The position numbers and the translations under genes were made by a program. Below the pieces are notes generated by a model. The model made no database searches, was not told the origin of the DNA, and was given only the letters and a program-made list of their open reading frames with translations. From Candidatus Zixiibacteriota bacterium (lineage in GTDB: Bacteria; Zixibacteria; MSB-5A5; CAIYYT01): 40,193 nt of DNA. The stretch is from positions 1 to 40,193 of the forward strand of contig JBECKX010000023.1 of NCBI GenBank assembly GCA_040235515.1. Direction: 5' to 3'. Positions 1 to 10,097 of this stretch are shown here, piece by piece; the stretch's first letter is position 1; every line of letters starts with the position of its first letter.

Positions 1-3000
1 ACTATAGCTACCTGAACAATGTCTATTTCGACCTCGATAACTTCCCGGCAAGTTTCAACCTGCAGGAGCGGGACAGTATCATCAACCTTGAGGTGTATGG
101 CTTCCTGAATGCGGAACAGAATCCGGAAGTGACGACCTACACCGCGAAGATGTACCTCAATCCCAACGACCCGAGTTTCCATCCCGAAGAGAGCTTCATC
201 GGAACGGTCGCGCTCTACGGTTCGGAATATCAGTCGACCATCGATCGCCAGCTCTACGAGTATCACCCCACGGAATTCTACATTATCATGGATCAGCAGA
301 TTCGCAATCGCGCAATCGGTGTCTGGATGCAGGTGATGGATCGGAATACGGGCCAGATCAGGAACATCGGCAGTCGTGGTAGTGAGGGGAATGATACGTT
401 GCTGTTGAAACTGATTATCCCGCCCAACCCGTTGCCCAACTACATCACGTGGGGATACGTCTGGCGCAATGTGTACGATGTGGGGCGCATCGATGATCCT
501 GACGGATTTGAAGTGCAGATTTACCGAGGACAGGCCACGAGTCAGGCCGATCGCGACGAGTCGGAGTTGAATAACCAGGCCGGTGTGAGCTATATCAATC
601 TGCTGGGGCTCGATAAGGACAATGACGGAAAGGTCGACGCCTTCGATATCAGCATCCTTGACCCAGTACGGGGGCACCTCCGTTTCGATCAGAGTCGAAG
701 ACCTTTCGATGATCCCAAACTGAACAAGCGAGTACCTGCCCTCTATGACAGCCCCGAGTCGGGCACCACGCGACAGGATAGTTCTCAGTACTACTTGCTG
801 GTCAAATCTGAGACACGTCAAGAGCAGTTCTACCTGGGTCAGTTCGATATCGTTGAGAATTCCGAAACGGTGACTTTGAATGGTCGTCGGCTGGAACGAG
901 ATAAGGATTACCAGATCTACTATGAGTCGGGGCAGATTCGTTTCCTCAACCAGGAAGCCCTGAGCGCCAACGCAGACGTAAAAGTTGACTATGAGTACGC
1001 CCCGCTGATCACTTCGGAGAAGAAGACGCTACTGGGAGTTCGAGGTGAGTATGAAGTCCACCGCAATCTGAAATTCGGTTCGACGATTCTCTACAAGTCA
1101 GAGAAAGAGACCGACAGGAAACCGCGACTGGGCGAAGAGCAATCGAAGTTCTTGAATCTTGATTTCGATGCATCCTACGCTTTCTCGACGATGGCCCCGA
1201 CGAAGCTGGTGGACGCGCTGCCTTTGATTGAAACGAAGGTGCCGTCGCGTGTGACGATCCAGGGAGAGATGGGCAGGTCATCGCCGAACCCGAACATCAA
1301 CGGTGAAGCGTATATCGATGATTTCGAGGGTTCGCAGGATCGCTATACGTTAGGTGTAGCGAGAGGCACCTGGTACAAGGCATCCCCGCCACTGCAACTG
1401 GATACCGCCGTCGCCAAGCGCGGCAGCCTGATCTGGTACAACCCGTACGACCAGGTGCCGATCACCGATATTTACAATCGCGACCTGCAGGCGGGGGAGA
1501 ACCGCACCAACATCCTTACTCTGCGGTTTTCGCCGGTCGAATCGGCCAGTACATTCGCGATCGATTCGTATGCCGGAATCATTCGCCCGTTCTCAACCGG
1601 CGCCAGCGACCAGACCAAGACGAAGTTCATCGAATTGAGGATGAGGGGCGATCGTGGAGTTGTGCATATCGATCTCGGGGAGATCACGGAGGATGTCAAC
1701 GGAGACGGCATCAAGAATACCGAGGATACCAAAGTTCCCCCGAACGCAATTCTGGATGAGGGGGAGGATGTCGGTCTTGATGGTATCAGCAACGCGGATG
1801 AATTGCGCATGTGCGAAGAGGGTACGGCGCCATCGTGGTGGGACTGCTCGTCCGATGATCCCGCCGGCGACAACTGGTCCTACGACAGCGATGATCGCTA
1901 CAACTACAACCACATTAACGGTACCGAAGGAAACGGGCAGGATCAAGCCCGACTGAACAAGCCTGATACCGAGGATATAAACGCATCGGGCGGTAATGAC
2001 TATAACAACAACTACTATTCCTGGGAGATGGACCTGGCCAACAATCCGTACCGGGTGGAGGGTTCCGAGTGGAAGGGATGGTACTCGGTTCGAATCCCGT
2101 TCCAGGACAGCACTCAGTACACCGAAATCGGGACTCCGAGTCGTGGCCTGATCAAGTTCATGCGCATCTGGATCGACGGGGTCGCGAATGCCTCCGATAC
2201 AATCTTCGTTGATTTCGCCGATATCGAGCTTACTCGTAACCTCTGGGAATCACGTCCCGTACTGCCGCAGGATAAACTGCGCGCGGAGGAAGCCAGGTTC
2301 GAGGCAACGGTAATCGCCACCGATGCCGACTCGATCTACAACCCGCCGCCGGGTGTTGAGGGCTACTACGACAAGACCACGCAGACGCGTGAGCGCGAAC
2401 AGTCGCTGCGGCTGAATTTCGAGAACCTCTCACCGTCAGACACTGGCATGTGTGAGAGGGTGCCGTTCAAGCCTCAGGACCTGAGCGGTTACCATAAGCT
2501 GGAAATGTTCATCCATGGCGACGCAGATCGAGACAGCCTGCTTTGCTTCCTGCGCTTCGGTGTTGACGCTGAGAACTATTATGAGTACCGCACCATGGTT
2601 AAGCAGGGTTGGGAACCCAACTCGATGCTGATCGAATTCGATCGCATCACGCAATTGAAGTTGCAGTTGCAGGCCGCCAGGGATAGTGTGTCGCAGGTAA
2701 TTCAGGAGCTTTACGACAAGGGCACTCCCGAGGACTCTGCGGCGGCGATGGAGATCGTGCTGCCGTCGTCGTACGAGGAACGACCTTATCGACTATCGGG
2801 ATCACCGACGATCACGCGAATCAAGTACTACGCGTTGGGTGTAATCAACATGGATCCTGAGACAGCAGACTCGACGATGTCGGGTTCGATCTGGGTCGAT
2901 GAGTTGCGGACGACAGGGGTGCGTCGTGATCAGGGAACTGCAGCCTTCGTTGCGGGCTCGATGACGTTCGGCGATGTGATGTCCTTCAGCGTAAACTACA

Positions 3001-5066
3001 CCAAGACCGACGAGTTCTTCCGCACCCTGACACAGGCGGATCGCAAAGACCTGGGGTCGGGGTCACAGAATTCCAACTTCAGCTGGAACGCCAGTTTCAA
3101 CGCGCACAAATTGTTGCCGGAATCGTGGGGGGCTACGTTGCCGATTTCGTATAACTGGTCGCGCAGTGAGGTCTCACCGCGTCTGATAACGGGATCCGAT
3201 ATCGTGGTTCCGACTGAGCAGATCGAAGAGCAAAAATCGGTGTCGACATCGTCAGGACTCTCCACGAGCCTGCGTTTCAACAATCGCTCGAACAATCCGA
3301 TCTTCAAGTATTTCCTGAACAACCTGCAGAATCTGCAGTTCTCCTATAACAAGTCAATCAGCCGGTCACCAACCGTGCCACGCTCAGAAAGCGAACGTTA
3401 TACCGCGCGCGGCGGCTACAATCTGAATATGCCGCAACGCGGCGGGCTGAGGATCTTCTCCTGGTTGGGAGGATTGCCCCTGATTCCTGACAGAGTGGTC
3501 AACTCGGCTTTCAATCCGCTGCCAAACCGAATTCAGGCAACGGGTGAGGTCAACCGCACGCTCGATGACCAGACCAATAGCTTCGGTGTTAACACCTTCC
3601 GCTATCAGCGAACGTTCAAGGGACAGTTCAGCACAGGGATGAATCTGATCTCCGGTTTTGATGTGACCTACCGGATGCAGACCGACAGAGATATCAGCGA
3701 TCCGAATCTGGTGAAGTTCTCGTTCAATCCCGGTGATTTCAAGCTGGGTCAGGAGCGGCGCTACGATCAGGCGTTTCAAGCGAACTACTCACCGAACGTA
3801 TTGCCGTTTATCACCGGAACACGGCTCAGCTTCTCATCGTCGCACAGCGAGAATTTCTCCGTCTCCGGGTCGACGATTTCGAATATCAGGCGAATCGGAA
3901 ACAACCGCGCATTCAGTTCGAATACCAGTTTTAACCTGCAGCGGCTGTTCGGTCAAAACAAGGTGGGACGAGTTACGCGGCCGCCAAGACGAACGCCACC
4001 GCGGGGAGCGCAGGGCAACATGAACCTCGATTCGCTGCGGCAGGAAGCGGATTCCACCAAGAACAAGAAACCGGAGGAACCCAAGGAGCCGGGAACGCCG
4101 GTCTACATGTATGGACTCAAGTTCCTGCGCCTGTTCACTGACAGGATCGATCCGATTGGTCTGGGGTTCAAGTGGGATGAGCGGGCATCACTCGATGGCT
4201 TTGCGGAACGCCCCTCTCTGGCCTACCGCTTCGGGTTCAGTCAGGACCCGGGGGTCAAACCTGTCGGGGCAGCGACCTCCACGCAGATCGATTCACGCTC
4301 GAAGACACGATCATTCGATGCCAATTCGGGAGTGCGCCTATTCCTGGGCATTTCTGTATCCACGCGGTGGAACTATGGGATCCAGGAGGCCAGCAATCGG
4401 CCCACGCGCGACGAAAGCACAACCTTCCCCGATCTGGGGCTCAAGTTCGGCAAGCTCGATTTCCTCCTCTTCCCGAAACTGTTTGCGCGCAATTTCACGC
4501 TCGACTCGAAGTATACCAAGAAGGAGTCTGAAAAGATCAATGTTACCACCGGGTTGACCTCCGATCGTGTGACGACGATCGACTACAACCCGCTGGTGCA
4601 GTCGACGATCGAATGGAAGTTCGCCTCGGGTCTGCGTTCGACAGTGAGTTACGGCCGTGGACGCGCCATTCGCGAGAAATTCCGAGCCGGTGAGGGTGAA
4701 GGTGGCGATCTCGCATCGAAGAGCGTTGAGTACTCGCAGACATTCACCGTCAGGTCGAGCTACTCGTTCCGTGGCGGTAGCAAGATCTGGTTGCCACTCT
4801 TCGGACGGGTCAATATTCAATCGAACCTCAGTCTTGACCTTGACGTGAGCGTGCGCAAGTCGAGATCGGAGAACCACAATCCGAACCAGCCGGTTGGCTT
4901 GACCGCCAAACGCTCCGATCTCACGATTCAGCCGCGCGCCAGCTACAACTTCTCACAGAATATTCGCGGCGGACTCAGCGCCCGCTGGGGAGACTCAAGT
5001 GATATCTCCGGTACGGGTGATCGACACACGCGCGAACTCGAATTCTGGGTAGAGATTCAGTTCTAG
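1..5066 (+). CDS. sprA: SprA/Sov-like giant outer-membrane beta-barrel (T9SS translocon homologue), 5'-truncated
   Basis: Frame is open from base 3 (YSYLNNVYFDLD...), so the true start lies upstream of the window. More than 1650 aa, with SprA-like motifs (YIDDFEGS, LIWYN, PDTEDIN, WVDELR), an amphipathic beta-strand C-terminal half and a terminal Phe (VEIQF). Confidence 0.85.
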   Translation, partial: YSYLNNVYFDLDNFPASFNLQERDSIINLEVYGFLNAEQNPEVTTYTAKMYLNPNDPSFHPEESFIGTVALYGSEYQSTIDRQLYEYHPTEFYIIMDQQIRNRAIGVWMQVMDRNTGQIRNIGSRGSEGNDTLLLKLIIPPNPLPNYITWGYVWRNVYDVGRIDDPDGFEVQIYRGQATSQADRDESELNNQAGVSYINLLGLDKDNDGKVDAFDISILDPVRGHLRFDQSRRPFDDPKLNKRVPALYDSPESGTTRQDSSQYYLLVKSETRQEQFYLGQFDIVENSETVTLNGRRLERDKDYQIYYESGQIRFLNQEALSANADVKVDYEYAPLITSEKKTLLGVRGEYEVHRNLKFGSTILYKSEKETDRKPRLGEEQSKFLNLDFDASYAFSTMAPTKLVDALPLIETKVPSRVTIQGEMGRSSPNPNINGEAYIDDFEGSQDRYTLGVARGTWYKASPPLQLDTAVAKRGSLIWYNPYDQVPITDIYNRDLQAGENRTNILTLRFSPVESASTFAIDSYAGIIRPFSTGASDQTKTKFIELRMRGDRGVVHIDLGEITEDVNGDGIKNTEDTKVPPNAILDEGEDVGLDGISNADELRMCEEGTAPSWWDCSSDDPAGDNWSYDSDDRYNYNHINGTEGNGQDQARLNKPDTEDINASGGNDYNNNYYSWEMDLANNPYRVEGSEWKGWYSVRIPFQDSTQYTEIGTPSRGLIKFMRIWIDGVANASDTIFVDFADIELTRNLWESRPVLPQDKLRAEEARFEATVIATDADSIYNPPPGVEGYYDKTTQTREREQSLRLNFENLSPSDTGMCERVPFKPQDLSGYHKLEMFIHGDADRDSLLCFLRFGVDAENYYEYRTMVKQGWEPNSMLIEFDRITQLKLQLQAARDSVSQVIQELYDKGTPEDSAAAMEIVLPSSYEERPYRLSGSPTITRIKYYALGVINMDPETADSTMSGSIWVDELRTTGVRRDQGTAAFVAGSMTFGDVMSFSVNYTKTDEFFRTLTQADRKDLGSGSQNSNFSWNASFNAHKLLPESWGATLPISYNWSRSEVSPRLITGSDIVVPTEQIEEQKSVSTSSGLSTSLRFNNRSNNPIFKYFLNNLQNLQFSYNKSISRSPTVPRSESERYTARGGYNLNMPQRGGLRIFSWLGGLPLIPDRVVNSAFNPLPNRIQATGEVNRTLDDQTNSFGVNTFRYQRTFKGQFSTGMNLISGFDVTYRMQTDRDISDPNLVKFSFNPGDFKLGQERRYDQAFQANYSPNVLPFITGTRLSFSSSHSENFSVSGSTISNIRRIGNNRAFSSNTSFNLQRLFGQNKVGRVTRPPRRTPPRGAQGNMNLDSLRQEADSTKNKKPEEPKEPGTPVYMYGLKFLRLFTDRIDPIGLGFKWDERASLDGFAERPSLAYRFGFSQDPGVKPVGAATSTQIDSRSKTRSFDANSGVRLFLGISVSTRWNYGIQEASNRPTRDESTTFPDLGLKFGKLDFLLFPKLFARNFTLDSKYTKKESEKINVTTGLTSDRVTTIDYNPLVQSTIEWKFASGLRSTVSYGRGRAIREKFRAGEGEGGDLASKSVEYSQTFTVRSSYSFRGGSKIWLPLFGRVNIQSNLSLDLDVSVRKSRSENHNPNQPVGLTAKRSDLTIQPRASYNFSQNIRGGLSARWGDSSDISGTGDRHTRELEFWVEIQF

Positions 5067-5097
5067 TGGGAGAATGAAGTAACGAGGGGATAGTGGG

Positions 5098-5565
5098 ATG
5101 GAAGAACTAAGGGAGATTTTCAGATTCAGTCGAGCAGAGTTGATCGCGTTATCCGTGTTGCTTTCGCTCGCGCTCGTGGGCGGAGGAATTCTGCTGCTCG
5201 AGCGGATGCAGGAGCAGATACCGGCCGATGTCGTCTTCGAGCCGATCGAACTGACCCGTAGCAGCTCAGCGGTGATTTCGGCGGGTTCAGAGCGAACTGC
5301 GCGGGCTTCGTCCAATCGAGCCGATCCAACCAGCCGGGACGCCACCCTGTCCCGTCACTGGAGAGCTGACCTTAAGATCAACATCAACACTGCGCCCGCC
5401 GAAAGCCTGGTGCTGCTGCCGCACGTCGGCAGCGTTATCGGAGCGCGGATCATCGAATATCGCGAAGCGAGGGGCGGATTTGAATCGCCCGATCAACTGA
5501 TTGCAATCCGCGGGATCGGGCCGAAGTATCTCCAGGATATTCTTCCGTATATTACAGCCGAATAG
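5098..5565 (+). CDS. ComEA-family helix-hairpin-helix DNA-binding protein with N-terminal membrane anchor
   Basis: Hydrophobic segment LIALSVLLSLALVGGGILLL; C-terminal ININTA...LPHVG...IIEYRE..GGF...L..IRGIG HhH domain. Confidence 0.85.
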   Translation: MEELREIFRFSRAELIALSVLLSLALVGGGILLLERMQEQIPADVVFEPIELTRSSSAVISAGSERTARASSNRADPTSRDATLSRHWRADLKININTAPAESLVLLPHVGSVIGARIIEYREARGGFESPDQLIAIRGIGPKYLQDILPYITAE

Positions 5566-5591
5566 TCGACAACCTCAGCCGCTCTTTTAGG

Positions 5592-5622
5592 TTGAATTAG
5601 CGCCCCTCATCACTTAGATTTG
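5592..5622 (+). promoter_or_regulatory. Putative housekeeping promoter of the lpx operon
   Basis: TTGAAT (5592-5597), 17-bp spacer, TAGATT (5615-5620). The -10 also reads TAGATTTG, matching the Bacteroidota TAnnTTTG element. Confidence 0.5.
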
Positions 5623-5682
5623 CGCGATATGAATTGCCCGAAACGACCTGCGTGTTGTTTCAGACAACCTTAGGAAGAGCGC

Positions 5683-7077
5683 ATGATTGAAGAACAACAA
5701 AGCATCAGAAACTCAGCCAGTGGCTCCGGAGTAGGTCTTCACACCGGCTGCGAGTCAACCATTACATTCAAACCCGCCGAACCGGGCACCGGTGTCAGAT
5801 TTGTCCGGACCGATTTGCAGGGTAGCCCCGAAGTCCCCGCGGACATCGACCATGTGGTCGGCCTTGATCGCGGGACGACGATCCAGAAGGGGGAGGCCAA
5901 AGTCTACACGGTCGAGCATGTCCTTGCCGCCGTAGCCGGCTTGCAAATAGATAATCTGATTATCGAACTCGACAACATCGAGCCTCCGGTCTTCGACGGA
6001 TCGTCGAAACCGTTCGTCGACATTTTGAAACAGGGCGGTATCGTCCGGCAATCTCAGCCGAAGGCATATTTCGAGATCGACACTCACCTGGCGTACTCGG
6101 AGAAGGACCGCGGCGTCGACATCGTAGTGGTACCGAGCGACGAGTTCCGAATCACATTCATGGTGGACTACAGAAACCCCGCCCTCGGTACTCAGTATAC
6201 ATCGCTGGTAAGTCTGGAGGATGAATTCGAGGAAGAGTTCGCTCCGGCACGAACTTTCTGTTTTCTCTCGGAAGTGGAGATGATGAAGGAGCGGGGGATC
6301 ATCAAGGGTGGCGGGCTCGACTCCGCGATCGTGATTTGCGATCATGACATCGACAACAACGAACTGCAGAGACTCAAACAGCTCTTCGAATTGGAGGGGG
6401 ATGTTCGCATCGGCGAGAGCGGTATTCTCAACGACAAGGAGCTGCGCTTCTACAACGAGCCGGTTCGCCACAAGGCGCTCGACCTGATCGGCGACCTGTT
6501 TCTGATCGGTGCGCCGATCAAGGGTCATATCCTGGCCGCGCGATCGGGGCACGCGGCGAACGTTGCGCTGGCAAAGAAGATGCGCTCCATGTACAAGAAG
6601 AAACAGATCAAGCAAAAATACGCCGGATCGGCATCGGGCGAATACGTGCTTGATATCGGTGCGATCCTCAAGCTGATGCCGCACCGTTACCCCTTCCTGC
6701 TGATAGATCGGATAATCGATCTGGTCCCGGACGATTCGGTGACGGCGATCAAGAATGTCACGATCAATGAGCCTTTCTTTCAGGGACATTTTCCCGGCCA
6801 CCCGATCATGCCGGGTGTACTGATCGTCGAGGCTATGGCGCAGGCCGGCGGCTTCCTGCTGCTCAATACGGTGGAGGAGCCGGAGACCAAGGTGGTCTAC
6901 TTCATGGGGATTGATAAAGTAAAGTTTCGCAAGCCGGTCCTCCCCGGAGATCAATTGCGCTTCGAATTGAAGATGATCTCCTTCCGTCGATCCACCTGCA
7001 AGATGACAGGAGAGGCATACGTGGATGGCAAACTTGTGTGCGAAGCCGAGATGATGGCTGCGGTGGTTGACAGATGA
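5683..7077 (+). CDS. lpxC-fabZ: Bifunctional LpxC deacetylase / FabZ 3-hydroxyacyl-ACP dehydratase
   Basis: LpxC motifs [29 protein letters not shown]; FabZ motifs [16 protein letters not shown]...[11 protein letters not shown]. Confidence 0.97.
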   Translation: MIEEQQSIRNSASGSGVGLHTGCESTITFKPAEPGTGVRFVRTDLQGSPEVPADIDHVVGLDRGTTIQKGEAKVYTVEHVLAAVAGLQIDNLIIELDNIEPPVFDGSSKPFVDILKQGGIVRQSQPKAYFEIDTHLAYSEKDRGVDIVVVPSDEFRITFMVDYRNPALGTQYTSLVSLEDEFEEEFAPARTFCFLSEVEMMKERGIIKGGGLDSAIVICDHDIDNNELQRLKQLFELEGDVRIGESGILNDKELRFYNEPVRHKALDLIGDLFLIGAPIKGHILAARSGHAANVALAKKMRSMYKKKQIKQKYAGSASGEYVLDIGAILKLMPHRYPFLLIDRIIDLVPDDSVTAIKNVTINEPFFQGHFPGHPIMPGVLIVEAMAQAGGFLLLNTVEEPETKVVYFMGIDKVKFRKPVLPGDQLRFELKMISFRRSTCKMTGEAYVDGKLVCEAEMMAAVVDR

Positions 7078-7853
7078 GCGGCGCACTGATACACACGACG
7101 GCGATTGTTTCAGACAAAGCGGAGCTCGGCAACGGTGTGATGGTGGGACCCTATGCCATCATCGAGGAGAATGTCGAAATCGATGACGGCTGTGAGATCG
7201 GGTCCAACACGCTGATCGCAGCCGGCGCGCGGCTCGGTAAAGGTGTTTCCGTGCACCACGGTGCCGTTGTCGGAACAGTGCCGCAGGACTTGAAATTCGG
7301 CGGCGAAGAATCACTGCTCTATGTGGGCGACAAAACCACGATCCGAGAATTCGCCACTCTCAACCGCGGCACCGAGTGGCGCGGATTTACGAAGGTAGGA
7401 GCCAATTGCCTGTTGATGGCATACTCGCACGTGGCCCACGATTGTCTCATCGGAGATAACGTGATCATGGCCAACTCGGTGAACCTGGCCGGCCATGTCG
7501 AGATCGGGGACTGGGCAATCATTGGTGGGCTTGTACCGGTCCACCAGTTTGTCAAGATTGGAGCACACGCGATGATCGGCGGTGGTTTCCGAGTACCGAT
7601 GGATGTGTGTCCTTACGCCCTCTGCGCCGGCTACCCGCTGCGGGTTGCAGGATTGAATCGGGTAGGACTGGAACGGCGAGGCTTCAGCAAGGATTCGCTC
7701 GAAAAGCTTGAGAAGGCATTTCGCATTCTGTTCCGTTCCAAGCTGAACACGACGCAGGCTCTGGAAAGAATAAAGTCTGAAGTGGAAATGTGTGATGAAG
7801 TCAAAGCCCTGGTCGACTTCATCGAAGCATCCGACCGTGGCATCACCAAGTAG
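7074..7853 (+). CDS. lpxA: Acyl-ACP:UDP-N-acetylglucosamine acyltransferase
   Basis: Hexapeptide repeats, PQDLKF, HVAHDC, HQF motifs; ATGA overlap with lpxC-fabZ. Confidence 0.97.
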   Translation: MSGALIHTTAIVSDKAELGNGVMVGPYAIIEENVEIDDGCEIGSNTLIAAGARLGKGVSVHHGAVVGTVPQDLKFGGEESLLYVGDKTTIREFATLNRGTEWRGFTKVGANCLLMAYSHVAHDCLIGDNVIMANSVNLAGHVEIGDWAIIGGLVPVHQFVKIGAHAMIGGGFRVPMDVCPYALCAGYPLRVAGLNRVGLERRGFSKDSLEKLEKAFRILFRSKLNTTQALERIKSEVEMCDEVKALVDFIEASDRGITK

Positions 7854-7885
7854 ATGCTCGCACCTCATTTAATCGTACCGGTATC

Positions 7886-8890
7886 GTGCCAATGAGCGAG
7901 AAGTTAAAGTATGGCGTCGTCGGTTGTGGCCACCTGGGTCGCTTCCACGCCGAAAAGCTGGTTCAGCTACCCCGTGCCGAGCTGGTTGCGGCCTTTGATA
8001 TTGTACCGGAGAAGACGCAGGCTACCGCGGAGAAGAGCGGCTGCTATGCGTGCCGCAGCATCGAAGAACTCCTTGAGCGTGTCGATGCGGTCAGCATCGT
8101 CGTGCCAACCGAATCGCATTATGCCGAGGGGGTGCGTGCGCTTGAAGCGGGCAAGCACGTCCTGATGGAGAAACCGATTACGCGGCGGCATGAGGAAGCC
8201 GCAAGACTGGTGGCGCTGGCGAACGAGAAGGGGCTCAAGCTGCAGGTGGGGCACATCGAGCGATTCAACCCGGCGGCGGAGGCTCTACGACTGCTGCCAG
8301 AACCACCGAGGTTTATCGAGGGCCACCGGCTGGGGCAGTTTTCCCCGCGTGGACTCGGAGTCGCCGTGATTCTTGAATTGATGATTCATGACATCGACCT
8401 GATTTTGTCTCTGGTGCAGTCGGAGGTCAGCGAAGTGCATGCCTCCGCGGTCGCAGTCATCAGCGAGATGCCCGATATTGCCAATGCCCGGATCGAATTT
8501 GCGAATGGAACCGTGGCAAACCTGACCGCATCACGGATAAGCGTTCAGAAGATGAGGAAGTTGCGGCTCTTCGCGCGCGATAACTACCTCTCGATCGATC
8601 TGAATAAGAAATCTGGCGAACACTTTGTGCTGGCTCAGCTCAATGATGAGAAATCATGGGAGGGCTACTTCAGCGCCCTCCAGCATGAACCGACCGGACG
8701 CAAGATCATGTTTCGGCAGTTGAGCTATGCCGACTATGATATGCTCACGAAGGAGATCGGCTCGTTCGTCGATTCGGTACTCGATGACATACCGGTTGCG
8801 GTATCCGGCGCAGAGGCAACGGCGGCGTTGAAGCTGGCAAATCAGATCGAGGATATTGCGTTGGAAAACCTCAACAAGATCATGCGGTAG
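7886..8890 (+). CDS. Gfo/Idh/MocA oxidoreductase, GnnA-like (UDP-GlcNAc 3-dehydrogenase); start may be ATG 7892
   Basis: GCGHLG NAD-binding, EKP, GHIERFNP, LMIHDID motifs; lies between lpxA and lpxB as gnnA does in Acidithiobacillus. Confidence 0.8.
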   Translation: MPMSEKLKYGVVGCGHLGRFHAEKLVQLPRAELVAAFDIVPEKTQATAEKSGCYACRSIEELLERVDAVSIVVPTESHYAEGVRALEAGKHVLMEKPITRRHEEAARLVALANEKGLKLQVGHIERFNPAAEALRLLPEPPRFIEGHRLGQFSPRGLGVAVILELMIHDIDLILSLVQSEVSEVHASAVAVISEMPDIANARIEFANGTVANLTASRISVQKMRKLRLFARDNYLSIDLNKKSGEHFVLAQLNDEKSWEGYFSALQHEPTGRKIMFRQLSYADYDMLTKEIGSFVDSVLDDIPVAVSGAEATAALKLANQIEDIALENLNKIMR

Positions 8891-8964
8891 GATCGAGCGA
8901 TAGCGTGTTGCGGAGAGCTATAACTGCAGGTGACAACTATCAGAACTAGTGGCAAGAAAAATCA

Positions 8965-10095
8965 GTGACTCGAGTATTCATCTCTGCCGGGGAGGCATCA
9001 GGCGATCTGCATGCGTCCTCCTTGATCCGCGAACTGAAAGCCCGCACCGACGGGCTTGAGTTTTTTGGACTTGGGGGTGAACTGATGAGGTCGGAAGGGG
9101 CCGAGTTGTGGTATGACCTCAAGGTGCTCGCTGTCACTGGATTCTGGGAAGTCGTTAAGCGCTACTTCGAGTTTCGTCGGGTGTTTTATGACGTACTCGA
9201 GAGAATCGATCAGGTCAAGCCGGATGTCGCGATCCTGGTGGACTATCCGGGGTTCAACCTCCGAATCGCGGAGAAGCTGCATCAGCGCGGGATTAAGGTC
9301 ATATATTTTATCGCGCCGCAAGTGTGGGCCTGGAAAAAGAAGCGTGTCATCAAGATGGAACGAGACGTTGATTTACTGATCTCGGTTTTTCCTTTCGAGG
9401 AGCAGTTCTTCGCGAAAACGAAATTACGCTGCAAGTTCGTGGGGCATCCGCTTCTTGACCAGATCGACTCCTCAGAATCCGCCGCGGCCTTCAAGACGAC
9501 GCACCGCATTGAGAACGATGATAAAATCGTGGCGCTCCTGCCGGGATCACGGCCGAATGAAGTGGAGAGCCACTATGGCACGATGTTGGACGCGGTCGGC
9601 CTGCTGCGGGAAACCGTTCCCAATCTCAGAGTGTTCGTGCTGGTGCGTGAAGAGATCGGTGCAGCGGTGTATGATCATATCGAGCAGACTCGTTTCGGCT
9701 TAAGAGTGGAACGTATTGGTGATGACCGTTACGGCTTGCTTAAGGCAGCGGATGTGGCGATTGTCAAGTCGGGCACGAGTACGGTCGAGACCGCGCTGTG
9801 CGGCGCACCTTTTTGTGTAGTCTACAGAACAGGTTGGATAACATATCAGATCGCCAGGCGCGTAATCAAGCTGAGCCACGTCGGCATGGTGAATATCATC
9901 GCCGCAGAGCAGGTCGTTCCCGAGTTTCTTCAGTACGACATGAACCCAACAAAACTCGCAGAGTTCTGCCGACGTATCCTGACTGTGAAAGCTGAACGCG
10001 AAGAGATGAAAACGGCGCTCTTGCGAGTCCGGGACAAGCTCGGCGAGCCGGGTGCAGCCGGCCGCGCTGCGGACGCCGTACTGGCTGAGTTGTAA
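8965..10095 (+). CDS. lpxB: Lipid-A-disaccharide synthase
   Basis: AGEASGD, DYPGFN, PQVWAW, FPFE, FVGHP, LPGSR, SGT motifs. Confidence 0.96.
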   Translation: MTRVFISAGEASGDLHASSLIRELKARTDGLEFFGLGGELMRSEGAELWYDLKVLAVTGFWEVVKRYFEFRRVFYDVLERIDQVKPDVAILVDYPGFNLRIAEKLHQRGIKVIYFIAPQVWAWKKKRVIKMERDVDLLISVFPFEEQFFAKTKLRCKFVGHPLLDQIDSSESAAAFKTTHRIENDDKIVALLPGSRPNEVESHYGTMLDAVGLLRETVPNLRVFVLVREEIGAAVYDHIEQTRFGLRVERIGDDRYGLLKAADVAIVKSGTSTVETALCGAPFCVVYRTGWITYQIARRVIKLSHVGMVNIIAAEQVVPEFLQYDMNPTKLAEFCRRILTVKAEREEMKTALLRVRDKLGEPGAAGRAADAVLAEL

Positions 10096-10097
10096 CA

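Noticed and set aside
5755..7086. 443-aa antisense ORF opposite lpxC-fabZ, and the many other overlapping shadow ORFs
   Set aside because: They lie antisense to or within well-supported genes, have no recognisable motifs, and are expected from GC-rich codon bias.
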